Positions 1 to 13,003 of a DNA stretch of 64,000 nt are shown here, in pieces; the stretch's first letter is position 1, and the number at the start of each line of letters is the position of its first letter. The DNA lies in assembly GCF_003918875.1 (NCBI RefSeq), contig NW_025766969.1, positions 2,790,001 to 2,854,000 on the forward strand, in the 5' to 3' direction. This DNA is from Haliotis rubra (lineage: Eukaryota). The position numbers and the translations under genes were made by a program. The notes beneath the pieces were generated by a model. The model was not told the origin of the DNA. It saw only the letters and a program-made list of their open reading frames with translations, and ran no database searches.

Positions 1-733
1 TTTGTGTTTCGCACACACATTTTGTTGCATACCACTTATTTCATCAGTTAATCCGCATTATTCAGATATAGTGTTGCTGCTTATCCTGAGAAGTATATGT
101 TTTGGCCTCAGATAGCTTGAAGCATTGGAATCAGTCGTAGAGACGCTCAACCACTAAGCAGACTGCTTCAGGAGGTCAGATACGGTTGATCGTCCAATCT
201 TCACATCAAACTTCTGCTCAGCAAAAATGACTTCTTGTTGTGTTGTCTGGGGTTTGTCTTTCTTCAAAAGGTGATTTCTTTCTTGATCAATGGCGTAACT
301 TCTACAAGGGGTCGCTGAGCAGGGGGTGTAATTGTGACAAACATCTTGTGATGAAAACTCATGTCGGTTGTAAACATTCTATACAGCTCGCTCTACTGTT
401 ATTTCTTGATTAAATCGTCTCAATTAATTATCCTGTGTTCCTAATTAACAAGTGTGATGTTCACCGACGTCAGTGTCAAGTAGCCAGTAAGGCACGCGCT
501 AATTACCACTCACGTGTGATTGTTTGTATACGGTCGGATTATCCGACCGGCTGTGTTGATTGTCGGATTAACGAATGTTTTTACAATGTATTTACAATAA
601 ACAGTGGCTAGATTGGTGTGTCGGAGTCGGAATTGGAGAATGTCGGATTAACGAGAGTAATTATCACTGTTTTTAATTGTTCCCTATTTTTTTGTCGGAT
701 TAACGTGAGTGACGGATTAACGAGAGCTGACTG
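1..733 (-). mobile_element. pogo/Tigger-like DNA transposon remnant (5' end, decayed CENP-B-type HTH)
   Basis: Minus-strand translation of ~121-300 gives KKDKPQTTQQEVIFAEQKFDVKIGRSTVSDLLKQSA*WLS, a Tigger/CENP-B N-terminal HTH pattern with an in-frame stop. The terminus is CGGATTAACGAGAGCTGACTG|TA (TA at 734-735), with subterminal CGGATTA repeats. The element runs off the window start. Confidence 0.7.
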
Positions 734-879
734 TACGTTGTATTTGTGCATAATATTTCGGGTACTGACCAAAGTATGCTTGTATAACTTTCGGTTGTAT
801 AACTCTAGAATTGATCAGCCCTGGTTACTAGAAATGTTATAACCTCGACTGACAGAGATCCACCGATGACACATACTAC

Positions 880-2469
880 AGCACCAAAACATCTTACGTA
901 AGGCCGTCGAACCTTATAAATTGCTTCAAGGCAAACGACTTCCCTCCTAAGTAACCAAGCACCGTCGTCATCGTCAGGAAACCAATGGCGTTTACGACGT
1001 CTTGGATATCGATGTTTCCGCAGGGTGGTGATTGCAATTTAAACTATAAAGGGGATCTTCCTTGGTGCTGATTGCTTTTAACGCCTTGCTTGATTTCTCC
1101 ATTGGTGTTCCGATGAAGGACGACTCAGCCACTCTTGCAATCACTGAATCATCAATCAATGCTTCCATTATCAGAACGTCCAAACTTGACCCGATGTCTA
1201 TCAGCATTGGACAGACTGGCCACTCATTACACTTAGAACACTGAGAGGTTCTTGATCGTTCTGGGGTTCATCATTACTGATTTATAGCGTACCAAATGTT
1301 AGAGAGAAGGGCCAGCAGAACTTTATATCTGTTATATACTAATGGCCTTGATAATTTGTTCTGAGGGTTATAGTGCGAGCAGACTTGTCACAACCACAGG
1401 CAGCCCGTGACACAAGGTGGTAAATAATGCATATAGTCTATCCAGTGGGTATTGTCCGGTTAATATTGGTGGTTAGTTAAAGCTAGAGCGCAGCCATCGA
1501 CTGTGAGTTGTCACAAATCATGTCCGGTCGGTATAAGTGGTAACTAATCATATATTATGTCTGATTACTGTAAGTGGCAACCAGTCATACTTGATGTTTA
1601 TACGGTGTGTTATATCTGATTACGGTAAGTGGCAACCAATCAAACTTGATGTTTATACGGTGTGTTATGTCCGATTACTATACTTGTTGTAAGTGGCAAC
1701 CAAGTCAAACTTGATGTTTATACGGTGTGTTATATCTGATTACTGTGTTACCAGTCATCTGATGTTTATATGGTGTGTAAGTGGTAACCGATTACTGTAA
1801 GTCATACATTTGATGTTTATACGGTGTGTTATATCTGATTACTGTAAGTGGCAACCAGTCATACTTGATGTTTATACGGTGTGTTATATCTGATTACTGT
1901 AAGTGGCAACCAGTCATACTTGATGTTTATACGGTGTGTTATATCTGATTACTGTAAGTGGCAACCAGTCATACTTGATGTTTATACGGTGTGTTATATC
2001 TGATTACTGTAAGTGGCAACCAGTAATCCTTGATGTTTATATGGTGTGTTATATCTGATTACAGTCAAACTTGATGTTTATACGGTGTGTTATATCTGAT
2101 TACTGTAAGTGGCAACCAGTCATACTTGATGTTTATACGGTGTGTTATATCTGATTACTGTAAGTGGCAACCAGTCATACTTGATGTTTATACGGTGTGT
2201 TATATCTGATTACTGTAAGTGGCAACCAGTCATACTTGATGTTTATACGGTGTGTTATATCTGATTACTGTAAGTGGCTAACCAGTCAAACTTGATGTTT
2301 ATACGGTGTGTTATATCTGATTACTGTAAGTGGTAACCAGTCATACTTGATGTTTATACGGTGTGTTATGTCCGATCACTGTTAATCGTAAGCAGTCATG
2401 CTAGATACCTGTCTTTTGTGTATTATCCACTAAACCTGTTGTAACCATATATGGCCTCTGGCCCTGACA
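880..2469 (-). mobile_element. possible BEL/Pao-type LTR retrotransposon remnant (LTR ~1297-2469, PBS-like site, decayed gag start)
   Basis: Imperfect inverted ends TGTTAG (1297) and CTGACA (2469). On the minus strand, ...AACA-TT-TGGT reads as an LTR end followed by a PBS-like TGG. A TATAAA lies ~25 nt before that end. Broken ORF pieces follow (992-1207, plus an FIRFDG motif near 900-925). Confidence 0.35.
1545..2385. repeat. 55-bp minisatellite, ~15 copies
   Basis: Unit TGATTACTGTAAGTGGCAACCAGTCATACTTGATGTTTATACGGTGTGTTATATC; starts at 1891 and 1946 give a 55-bp period. No unique spacers. Confidence 0.95.
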
Positions 2470-2704
2470 CATCAATTCTTTAAGGCCTAAGATATTTCAA
2501 TCTACACAAATTCCACAGATAACACAAATGCTTCTTCGGTTACAGACCCAATTGGACCCATTCTCTGTTCAGTATATGCGGAAGTCAATCCTTGCACACA
2601 AATACAACAGAGAACCTAAACCGTTCTTGTGATAACTGACCCATTTTGATGTTGGTGCCATGCTCAGAAAGGAATATAATCCCAACAATAGAAAATTCAA
2701 GATA

Positions 2705-2816
2705 TACTCATGCCAATAATGGTTGTCACCCCTTCAAATTTTTAATTGGAGAGGGGTGGGGCGAGGGTGTGGGGGTTGGGGTGGGAGTGGGGTGACAACC
2801 ATTATTGGCATGAATA
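2705..2816. mobile_element. short TA-flanked MITE with G-rich core (partial second copy at ~19432-19540)
   Basis: TIR CATGCCAATAATGGTTGTCACC / GGTGACAACCATTATTGGCATG, with TA on both flanks. Confidence 0.7.
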
Positions 2817-2889
2817 TATGTACCCTCCCTGCTGAAACTGTTGGAATGGAAAGGCCAGTATTGGTAAACGTATGTGGTGATCAACATGA

Positions 2890-3004
2890 TGCCTCTTGCA
2901 ATATCACGGCGGAGGACACCGGAGCAGGGCTTCACACATTGTATCATGTGGGGAATCGAACCCGGGTCTTCAGCGATTTAATCACTAGGCTACCCCACCG
3001 CCCC
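2890..3004 (-). mobile_element. tRNA-derived SINE family A, degenerate copy
   Basis: Reverse complement of GGGGCGGTGGGGTAGCCTAGTG...GGGTTCGATTCCCCACATG...GTGTGAAGCCC. Confidence 0.8.
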
Positions 3005-5599
3005 TGCAATCATAGAAGTCCCCCGGAGCAGACTCAACCAAAGAGACTTAACATGTATTGAACAATATCATTATTATAACAGTGTATTTGTTTCTTAAAG
3101 CATCACTCAGTAAGACATGACGGCCGTCTGTAAACAGTCCAGTCTCGGATGGGACTCAACCCAACAAGAATCTGTACTTTAATAAGAAAGTCTAATCCCA
3201 AAATATAACGTATGTTACCTCAAAGGAAAAGCTGGCGGGGCATGAGGGCACGATATGATCTAAGACTACAGGATCCATTTGGTCGCCTCTTGCCACCAAC
3301 ATGATTGCTGGCGACCATTTACAACCCAGAATCCTCACTAGTCATTATACGCACTGAGACTGAATAAACATGGTCGCATTAATGGAATGTATGTCTACTT
3401 TTATGGGCGCTTCTCAGCCTGTCCTCCTTTGCAGTTGATGATTTTAAGGCTACTTTCGCCAAGTGTGGCACATCTTCAAGATATCTGCAACGTTTTTACA
3501 CACGCACAAGCGCACACATACACACACAAAATCGGGTCTAACCAGGATTCGAACTGACAACCACCGGTTTCTGATGCTGCCAAGGGACGTATGCTGACGT
3601 TGCCATAACGGTGGTGTGGTAAATGTGTACGTTGCATCTGCCCTAGGAAGTTGTTTTAACCGTAGAGTTTCCTTCCGGGTTTTAAGTGGTTCCAGCTACC
3701 TGTGTGGTAGCGACGGAACGTGTTAGTGTTAGTGAACAGGCTCGGTGACTTGGTTGTCTGCGTTTTATTTAACCCCGGCGGTGTGGATACATGCTCACAA
3801 TATCAACCACTGGTTTGTCTGGCAGATCCAGATTCAACCTTCATACCACTGGAATATCGCTGAGAGTAGTGTTACGTAAACACAAACAATGCTGTTGGTT
3901 TTAAAACCTCTAAAACAGCTTCGGTTACAGGTAGTGAGTGAGTGGGTATTGCTTAACGCCGCATCAGAAAGTGTGCAGCTATTCGCGGCGAGGGTTACAG
4001 GGAGGGTTCAAATCGAGACAAACAATAGCGTCAAATAACCAGCTTTATTTTCGTGTTCGAATCTTGTGGAAACATAACATTATTAAATTGTTGATGCTTC
4101 TAAGCATAGACAACATATATTTCCTGGTATCATTGTAAAACCAATGAGCAAGGAGAATTTCATTTAGTAGTTTTACCATTTACTGTTGAGTTTGAATCGG
4201 GACGTGAGCTTTGTACCACATTTAAATCTATTAGATTTGACGTTTCAAAGTCACATCCTTCTGTGCTAAGGGTGAAGCTGTCGCTTGTAGGTTTCGATGG
4301 TGGTGGGACGAGTTAAATTTAATTTGTGTTTAATTTCTCAATAACACAGCAAACCAGTTCATTTGTTTCCGTGCAAGGGACCAGTTTATTTCAAACACTG
4401 CAGGCTTAACGCTAACGTTGCATCGGCAGTGATACACTCTGTGGCATATTTCGAATAGAATAGAGCCAGATAAATACGTGGTTTGGCTTAAAGGAGAATA
4501 CGAACGAAAACAAAACTTTTGATATATCGTAAAGGATATTCTAAAAGTCACATTCCGTGATTAAAATTGAACAAAAAAAGTTTGTAAAATAGCAATAAAA
4601 ACACAAAAACGTACTCGTATTTCCGCCTATTACGGAAACACCCGACAGTTAATGAGCAGAGGGGGTATCACGTGACATGACGTCATAAGTGCCTGTTGCT
4701 GATGGCTTCCTCTTTGATTTTACCTCACAACTTAACAGTGTCCGTGGATTCTGAAGCAGTAAAAGATGTTCCTGATGTCATTTCTGAAATGGATGTTAGA
4801 CCGTATCAATACGATCCGATTTTACATCTTGCAAGACAATCTTCCACTGAAGATGAAGAAGAAGAATCAAGCGAAACGGAGGCACCGCTTGAGGTCAAAA
4901 TAAATGTAAAAATAGACCATATAATTTAACAAGATTACTATTTGTCAGCAAAATGTCATAGTTCCAGCCAGCAAACTCACTCCTATAAATATATGACTAG
5001 TCACTAAGAATTATTTTTTTAAAAATGTGATTACAGTTCATTTTGTGTCAACGGGGTGACTGTAGGGTGTCTGAGATTTAAAAACAAATAATATGCTTCA
5101 GACGAGGGAAAATAAAAAATTATCTGCTTCAAACATTACACTGGAATTATTTTGTTGAAAAACATTAGGATCCTAGTTCTCATTAATAACGTATCAAGTC
5201 TCGATACAAGATCCCAGCCTGGTCGAGCAGAGATAATATTCGCGACGCAGATAAGTTATTCCCCGAAAACTGGCGAATTATAAAATACTAGTCAAGACAA
5301 CGTATGTTTCCCTTTTGTTTGGTTATGGAAATAGTTATGGTACTCGGTCATAGCCTTAGAATGACATCCTGTCAGCCAATGAGTATACAGAACAACTTTC
5401 ACGGCACACACTACTGACAAATAGCGAGTCTGATGCCGACGTGTGTAATTGGACAAAATGGAAAACAATGAAAGCAACAAGTACTTCCTGATTTGCCGCT
5501 GTATTCGGCAATGTTTCGAGTTGACTGCATCAAACCGAAAAGAACGTTATAGCGAAACATTTTCAGGCTCAAGTGAAATCTCTTACTGATTTTGATAAT

Positions 5600-5760
5600 A
5601 TCATCATCATCATATATACATTTGTATAGCGCCGATATCCAGCTCCGCTCAGCTGCTCAAAGGCGCTTTGTTTTCCCTCGTTCACTGGATGTCAATCTCA
5701 ACGGCACATCGTATTGTCAATCTCAACTCCCTGGGAGCATACAAACTCTTGCAAACAATA
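5600..5760 (-). mobile_element. SINE family D 3' fragment
   Basis: Shares GGATGTCAATCTCAA...CAATCTCAACTCCCTGGGAG with 30655-30860 and with the reverse complement of 38730-38880. Confidence 0.6.
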
Positions 5761-5774
5761 TATATTCATGTGTA

Positions 5775-6136
5775 CCAGTCGAACTGCCCCAGCTACAAAA
5801 TGCCCCAGCAAATTTGGTCATTCATTCTAATTTGTTCAAATTTATTTATAATGATTGAATATATGCCGTAAATGCATAAATTTTGTCAACTTGTTATGAT
5901 ATTATGTTCTTCATATAAAAGTTATTAAGAAGTAATATTTCTGATAAATGTTTCATCAGTAAACTCATAACTATGTATATACTTACATATGAAGAACATA
6001 ATATCAAAGTTGACAAAACTATGCATTTATGGCCTATATTTATTCATTTTAAATAAATTGGGGCATTTTGACTACCCCACTGGGGCAATTTGACCAAATT
6101 TGCTGGGTCATTTTGTAGCGGGGGCAATTCGACTGG
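5775..6136. mobile_element. foldback MITE with long imperfect inverted arms
   Basis: CCAGTCGAACTGCCCC...CAGCAAATTTGGTCA pairs with TGACCAAATTTGCTG...GGGGCAATTCGACTGG. The inner arms (ATGCATAAATTTTGTCAACTT / AAGTTGACAAAACTATGCAT) also pair. Confidence 0.75.
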
Positions 6137-6559
6137 CAATCGGACTTGATTTAATTTATGTTAAAAATACCACAGACAGTAAGTTGTTACAGGGAATGGT
6201 GGAGTATAATTAATGAATCTCGTTGTTACTTTTTCCTTCATCAGCCTAGCTTGGGGATTTCCATACCCCATGCGTGCATGTCTCTTTCATATGTGTCGGA
6301 CTCGGAATGATCGGCGCATTTCTCCTGCCGAAATCTGTCATTTCACTTTGAAAAAGTGGTGGTTCTTTCCCATGTTCGATGATGCCGTGCATCCCCAGGC
6401 AGCGCAATACACCATCGTACCATTGAAAAACGGTAACCCCCATTACCCCTACATGCCACTACCCCTACAGCTTATAACAACATAGTTTACGGTCTGTTGC
6501 ACTGTTAATCCCCTGCCTGTTACCTATTCCATACAATGGACTAATCCCTTAAGAGACAT

Positions 6560-7490
6560 AATAACACACAACTAAAAGATAGAGAATGATTTTATTGAAG
6601 GTTGATATCATTTGTCATTAATTTTTGTCTTCAAAATTTTAATAAGGATTAACAATAATTTGTCATCATGATTAATTGATGAACATTAACAATTAATTGT
6701 TAACATTCAATGTACATAGTACAGAGTTGATACCCATAGTACAGTGTTGATACTAAACCCCTTTAAATAGAAATATGATTTTTGTCTTAATTCCGTGTAT
6801 TTATTGCATGTAAAGAAATAATGCACAGCATTTTCGACTGGATGTCCACATGGGCACGGGGGCTGTCGATGATGTCTATCAAACCTATCAGCATTCAAAT
6901 CAAATCAGTTTAGATCAAAAATAATAGTTTTGTTATATTGTCTTAATATCGAGTTTTTGAATCGGGATAAAGTATCAATATTTTGAATTTCAGAACTTAA
7001 AGAATTCCATAGTTTTATTGTATCAGGTAGAAATGATCTGGCATATGTCGTCGGTAAGATGAAAGATTTGTAGATAATTTCTAAACTTTTACGCGATAAT
7101 CGATATTTTAAACTTCTTGAACATTTAATCAGTGGGCTAACTTTCTTTTCATAGAGTTTATGTGGATATCCCAGTAACAGTTATTTTGAAGGGTCAAGCC
7201 TGGATGATTATGATTATCTACGTCTAGATTATCACACCGTTCATTGTAAGATCAGGTTTAATGCTTCTATTTAGTTTTCTACTGCACTGTATTGAATTTG
7301 TTTTGTTAGGATTGAATGAAACCTTCCATTCTTTGGCCCAATTTGAAATTCCTAATAAGTCCTTATTTAAACAGTCTGCAGCTATGTCAGGATCATCAAT
7401 TATAACGTATAGAGACGTGTCGTCTAATATTACTAGCAATATCAGCTACAAAATCATTAATATATATTATGAACATTAGGGGTCCTAAGA
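6560..7490 (-). mobile_element. CR1-like non-LTR retrotransposon 3' fragment (decayed RT and C-terminal zinc knuckle)
   Basis: ORF 7224-7439 reads DDTSLY..ADCLNKDLLGISNWAKEWKVSFNPNKT (RT thumb). A SFLPDTIKLWNSL motif lies near 7000-7040. ORF 6707-6898 reads CPCGHPVENAVHYFFTC. Confidence 0.85.
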
Positions 7491-7552
7491 CTGGGGTTTC
7501 AATATTACTGTGTACCTTTCATCCTAGCACTAAACAACATTTAACAACCTAC

Positions 7553-7752
7553 ACACTACCCAATTTGTAAAATTGTTCTACTCACTAGAGGTTTATCTTT
7601 CATCATGAAACTAAAACAACTTTTAGCTAATCCCAAATTTCCTTGACACAAAACACTATCCAATTTGTAAAATTGTTCTACTCACTAGAGGTTTATCTTT
7701 CATCATGAAACTAAAACAACATTTAGCTAATCCCAAATTTCCTTGACACAAG
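7553..7752. repeat. 100-bp direct tandem duplication, followed by a 38-bp repeat (~7790-7895)
   Basis: CAATTTGTAAAATTGTTC occurs at 7561 and 7661. CTGTATACTCTATGCACTAACCCCTCCCTTGATCTCAT occurs at 7801 and 7839. Confidence 0.9.
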
Positions 7753-9220
7753 ACACTAAACAACAGATTAATCCCTCCCATTGATCTCATCTTGGATCCT
7801 CTGTATACTCTATGCACTAACCCCTCCCTTGATCTCATCTGTATACTCTATGCACTAACCCCTCCCTTGATCTCATCTGTATACTCTGTGCACTACCATT
7901 GTAACCTTACTCCTGCCCCACTACGAAGCACTGTAACACGTGTGGTCTCATCTTAGGCAAGCGAACATGTTCGCAGTTGCCTCTGTTCAACCAGCAGTGA
8001 ATGGGTACCCGGTAGAATGAAATGGGCATATGACTGTTAACCTTCGATGAGGAGCGATGAGTTACATACGAGGCACTGCAAACTACAGCATAAGTTGTTA
8101 TTCCCAGACTATAATTAACAGCGGATAGCTTTTTGTCAGCTGGTTAAAGCGACAAAACAGTTTCCATTGTCACAAGAAAACTCCACTGAAAATCGAGTCA
8201 GCTGCTCAAATCCATCTATATCGTAAGCATGTGATTATGAATCACTATCAAACAGTGACCATATCAAGCTGTTCGCAGAAGCTGAGAGTATCCTGCGCTA
8301 TCGGTCACAAACACAAACAAAGTCAATATTCCTGAATAATGGGTAAAAGCACTATATAATTATTATTTCTGTCCTAAACGACAAACGGTCATTCTTATAC
8401 AATACACATGCAGCACTGTGCAAGGGTATATAACTGGCTTTCATTTGTGTGTTCTCAAGACAGCAATGGGATGGTATATACAATCGGCGTTATTGATATT
8501 ATGTTCGAGGACATTATATGTAATCGCTTTCTTTATCTTCAAGTATGATCTTTATTACATTGAAAGCGGTCAGAGAATAAAGGCATCACGTTCATGATTA
8601 AACTGATGTCCGGTTCAGATACCTTCCTATATAAATAACTAAACTTGCAAGAAGCGCACGCAGTAGAATATTACAAAACAATAGTTTATCTGCCGACTCC
8701 TTATCAATTACCTTAGTGTTCTCAAGATTCCTGCATGATAGTACGGGACAAATCATATATTATGTAGGTGAAGCATGAGTGCTAAGGAAAAAAAAGTGCA
8801 AAACTCTTCCTATAACATAATAGACCTCTACTTAAAGCAAAGATTCGTGTTCGAGTCCGACTATATCATAAGCATGTGTTTATCGCTATCACAGTGATGA
8901 CGATATACAATCACATCATATCCCACCGGTGACATCCGTCACAAAGACACGACGCAAGCAACTAATCTTTTCACCTGTAACAAGAGCGTATCGTACAATT
9001 CAATACCTGGAATTGCATACGTTTTCACACTGATGTATAGGTTTGGAAATGTCTAACATGCCTTCTGGACTAACGCTAAGTCTCTGAAAATATATACTTT
9101 TCAAGAAACAAAATAATTCCATTTAAATTGAAAAGGTGTCCCAGTGAGATGGGAGATTCAGCCTAAACCTGTGGGAAATCTGGATTTCATTTCGATTTTT
9201 CGCATTGCAAAAAGGGTAGA

Positions 9221-9427
9221 TTTAGGGAATGTGAGACAGGCTACATACCTACCATAAAACGTTTCAAAGGTATACTAAGGCTTTGAATGTTATCAAAACA
9301 AAATGAATTTTTGAAACAGGCAATTTAGGGAATGTGAGACAGGCTACATACCTACCATAAAACGTTTCAAAGGTATACTAAGGCTTTGAATGTTATCAAA
9401 ACAAAATGAATTTTTGAAACGGGCAAT
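9221..9427. repeat. 103-bp direct tandem duplication
   Basis: TTTAGGGAATGTGAGACAGG... starts at 9221 and 9324. Confidence 0.9.
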
Positions 9428-9712
9428 AAATCGGAATGATAAGCCGGAAGGGTATTGATTTGACTGTACACGAACCACATCAAGGCCAGGTGAACCATCG
9501 ATGAACCGACAATTACATGAAACTAAAGTTCACCATTGTCCTTGGCCCGCCGAAATAAACGTGCAACCAGGGTTAACCTTGGACACATGATGGGTGACTC
9601 ACGGACAGAGTACAACGTACAAAGTACGTGCATGTATGTGTGTACGAGTGGAATGCAGGATGCTAGTGGTTGGTTTAGATACACCATAATCCTGGGACAT
9701 AACACACGGTAG

Positions 9713-10100
9713 GTAAGTTACTGGATACAATGTTATAAAATATATCAGAATCACTGAGGACGTCACTCCATTTCTTCTGACCTAAAACATAAACATCACC
9801 ATGGCCGCTAACCTGGTTAAGACTTGGTTAATGATTTCATGTAAAGGTGTTCGGACATATGACATTTATCGATGAAGACTGATACAATTTTAGGTCGTAG
9901 CCAAGTGGATTAAGCGTTCGCTCGTCACACCGAAGACCCGGGTTTGATTACCCATATCGGTACTATGTGTAAAGCTCATTTCTGGTGTCCCCCGTCGTGA
10001 TATTGCTGAAATATTGCTGAAAGCCACGTAAAACTAAACTCAGTCATCCATGGACAATGGACAGCAATGTTAATCAAAAGGCATTTTCCATTTTGTGCAG
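9713..10100 (+). other. putative 5'-UTR intron of GPCR1
   Basis: Donor AG|GTAAGT at 9713. Acceptor TTTTCCATTTTGTGCAG ends at 10100, 26 nt before ATG 10127. A SINE-A copy lies inside (~9890-10045). Confidence 0.55.
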
Positions 10101-10126
10101 ATCCTCTCGGTTTATTGTTTGTGACC

Positions 10127-11170
10127 ATGAACCTCAGCCGTCAAGAAATTGACCTTTACCTTCGTCAACAAGACAACCAGTATGCAACTGAGGTTCTGCC
10201 TGTCATCTTGTTCCTCGCCATGCTGATGATTACTGGTGTTCTCGGCAATTCACTCGTCTGTTATGTATATCTCGTCAAGTTAAAACAAGGCACAACCCGA
10301 TATTTCATTTTAGCATTAGCGGTATACGATCTTGTCAACTGTTGCGTCTGTATTCCCGGTGAAATAGCAGACATGAGTCACAACTACACATTTGGTGGTA
10401 ATGGTTTATGCAAAATTATGCGTCTGCTCCTGTCATTCACATCCTACTCGTCAGTGACCGTACTTTTACTTGTGGCTTTTGACAGATACAGGAAAATATG
10501 CCAACCATTTCACAAACAGACTTCACCCAGATTTGCCAGGATCGCAATTACTGTATGTTCACTTTCTGCGTTCGTAGTGTCTTTGCCAAATGTCGCTCTC
10601 TATGGTTCAAGGACAATATCTACAAGTGACGGCCACGTCAACGGCTCCGACTGCACCACTGCCGACGAATACATCAGGACACCCTATCCTCTCATCTTTA
10701 ATGGAGTTGAGTTCATCGTCTTCATCATCTCAACCATCAGCCTTACTGTCCTCTACTTCCTTATATGGAAACGTATTGCCAGGCAACATGAATTCAGAAG
10801 AAGCGCTGGGTCAAGACAAATAAACGATGTCATACATTTAAGCATGAGAGATCCAAATAATTTTAACATATGCCCTTCACATGCAATGTCCGTACTGGAA
10901 AAGGGAGCGAAAAAGACGATATCAATGTTGCTTCTAATTACCCTGGTGTTTGTGCTGAGCTTTCTCCCCCACCTCTGTGTTATGGTCGCCAGAGCAGTCA
11001 ACAGCAATTTGTATGATGGCATTCATGGAGCTGGATTGATCGCCTATAATTTGTTCGTTAGATCGTATTTCTTCAACAGTGCCTGCAATCCAATCATATA
11101 CGGCTTCTGCAATGGGCAATTCCGTCTCGAACTTAGGCAAATATGGCGGAAATTGATGTGTCGAGCGTAA
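10127..11170 (+). CDS. GPCR1: orphan rhodopsin-like (class A) 7TM receptor, ~347 aa, single coding exon
   Basis: Seven hydrophobic segments: TM1 GN, TM2 LAxxD, TM3 Cys plus FDRY, ECL2 NGSDC, TM6 FVLSFLPH, TM7 NSACNPIIY. The start is placed at MNLS (ACCATGA) after the splice acceptor; the ORF track extends it to 10067. Confidence 0.93.
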   Translation: MNLSRQEIDLYLRQQDNQYATEVLPVILFLAMLMITGVLGNSLVCYVYLVKLKQGTTRYFILALAVYDLVNCCVCIPGEIADMSHNYTFGGNGLCKIMRLLLSFTSYSSVTVLLLVAFDRYRKICQPFHKQTSPRFARIAITVCSLSAFVVSLPNVALYGSRTISTSDGHVNGSDCTTADEYIRTPYPLIFNGVEFIVFIISTISLTVLYFLIWKRIARQHEFRRSAGSRQINDVIHLSMRDPNNFNICPSHAMSVLEKGAKKTISMLLLITLVFVLSFLPHLCVMVARAVNSNLYDGIHGAGLIAYNLFVRSYFFNSACNPIIYGFCNGQFRLELRQIWRKLMCRA

Positions 11171-11227
11171 ATGTGAGTTGGATTGAACACCGCTTTGAAA
11201 AGTACTGAAAAAAAACAATCAACTATG

Positions 11228-11475
11228 TTTTTTTGCTTGCTTGTTGTTAACGCCGCACTCAGCAATATTCCAGCTATATGGCGCAGGTCTGTAAATAATC
11301 GAGTCTGGACCAGACAATCTAATGATCAACATCATGAGCAGCGACCTACGCATTTTGGATACGATGACTATGTGTCTAACCAAGTCAGCGAGTCTGATTA
11401 CCCGATACCATCAGTCGCCTCTTACGACAAGCATGGGTTGCTGAAGACCAATTTCTAACCCGGATCTTCACGGGT
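11228..11475 (-). mobile_element. SINE family B (no complete tRNA head), full-length with imperfect TSD
   Basis: Reverse complement reads ACCCGTGAAGATCCGGGTTAGAAATTGGTCTTCAGCAACCCATGCTTGTCGTAAGAGGCGAC...GCTGGAATATTGCTGAGTGCGGCGTTAA. Flanks are ACAATCAACTATG (11215) and ACAATCAGCTGTG (11476). Confidence 0.85.
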
Positions 11476-13003
11476 ACAATCAGCTGTGCCAAATATAGGA
11501 CACACATGAAAACATAATTTGACCAAACCATTATAGAACTACTACAAGGTTGAAAACAGTCGCCGATACAATGTGCCCTGGACAAAATGTGATACCAGCA
11601 TGAAATTCGTCAACGTGAACATTATCCTTGGCTGCGCACTTTCTTTTGTCCAGCAATATGGTAAATCAGTTTCATGAGGGAAACAATGAGAAGATATGAG
11701 GTGTATGGTGCTGACCAAACATTAAAGATCCTACACTGGGCGAGTTCATGACCGGTGCATCCTGGCATTTCAAAGAACACTACTCTTGACGTCTTTGCCT
11801 ACTGGACAAGCGTGCCCCTACCCAATTACTCTATATCCGACATAACAACGTCCACTGCTTGATATGATATTTACATATTTGATAATGGGTTTACAAATAA
11901 TGCTAATGCAGTACGTATGCTTGTAATAAATCATCGTCTATATTTTCAGCAAATTAATTACATGCACATTACTATATTCATATGTAATTTGTTCGTATAT
12001 TGCGCCATGTTATGTATGCTGTCAATGTATAGGCCGAAGATGGCTAAAAGGATAAGGAACCTGCTGAGTCTTCCAGAGTGGGTCAATTCGGGGCGACATC
12101 TTGTCACTGGTAGAATGCACTAACTGAAAAAGACGAATCAATTGAAGTAGAAAAAACCCATTCTGCCCTGTCCCAGGTCTGTGTTGAGCAAATTGTGATT
12201 CTCTAAACCAAACTGGGCTGATCAATGCAAAAATAGATAGACCAAACAAACTGCCCATCCATGTTGACCAGTCGTTGTTGACAACCTGGGTGTTTAACAA
12301 ATAAGATAAATTTGTCAACAAATGGTTGACAAATAAGATAGACTCGTATGACAGGTACCCATGGTGGGACACCAGCCTAAATGTAGGCGAAGAACAGTGA
12401 AATGAAATGTCAGTGCAGAAGAATATCCAGCCTTGATTAGCTGCTGACACAGATTCCATTTGGTGTACAGGGCAAAATAACTGTTTATGTGAACTCTGTT
12501 ACACGGGGATTAAGCCATGCCTACAACCGAAACTCACACAATTGTCATAACTCAAATTGTTACTCATATCAAACAATGGGCTGCTTTAAGCAGAGATTTA
12601 TTTGTATCATTGCGATTTATTGTATTTAATAAATACAGGCGGAGTGACACCCGTCCATGCTGTCGTACTCAAGCTCACTATTAAAGACATCTGTCAGAGG
12701 TGTGCCAGATACATCCTCGGTTATATTTGCATGACTTTGTTATACACATGGAATATTACATTCACCCAATACACGAACGTCTTTAAAGAGGCAAAGATTG
12801 GTCGGTCTGAGTTCATAGAATACACATAAAACTCCCATTATTAGCAGAACCATTATGCTGTCATTTAACTTTCGGCCAATGATCCTTTAATTACTATTTA
12901 TTTAGATATTTACATTACTATTTAGCCACGATCCTTTAATTGCTGTTTGGTCAAGATCTTTATATTTTACTCTTTTGTCATGAATCTTTAATTACTATTT
13001 CTT

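Noticed and set aside
10067-10126. ORF-track N-terminal extensions of GPCR1, 3, 4 and 5 (10067, 26880, 35394, 40601)
   Set aside because: For GPCR1, 3 and 4 they read through a polypyrimidine tract and AG acceptor; the GPCR5 extension starts at GTG. Paralogue alignment begins at the downstream Met with an N-x-S/T sequon.
12022-12459. 145-aa minus-strand ORF
   Set aside because: No recognisable domain or paralogue; its length is within chance expectation for this window.
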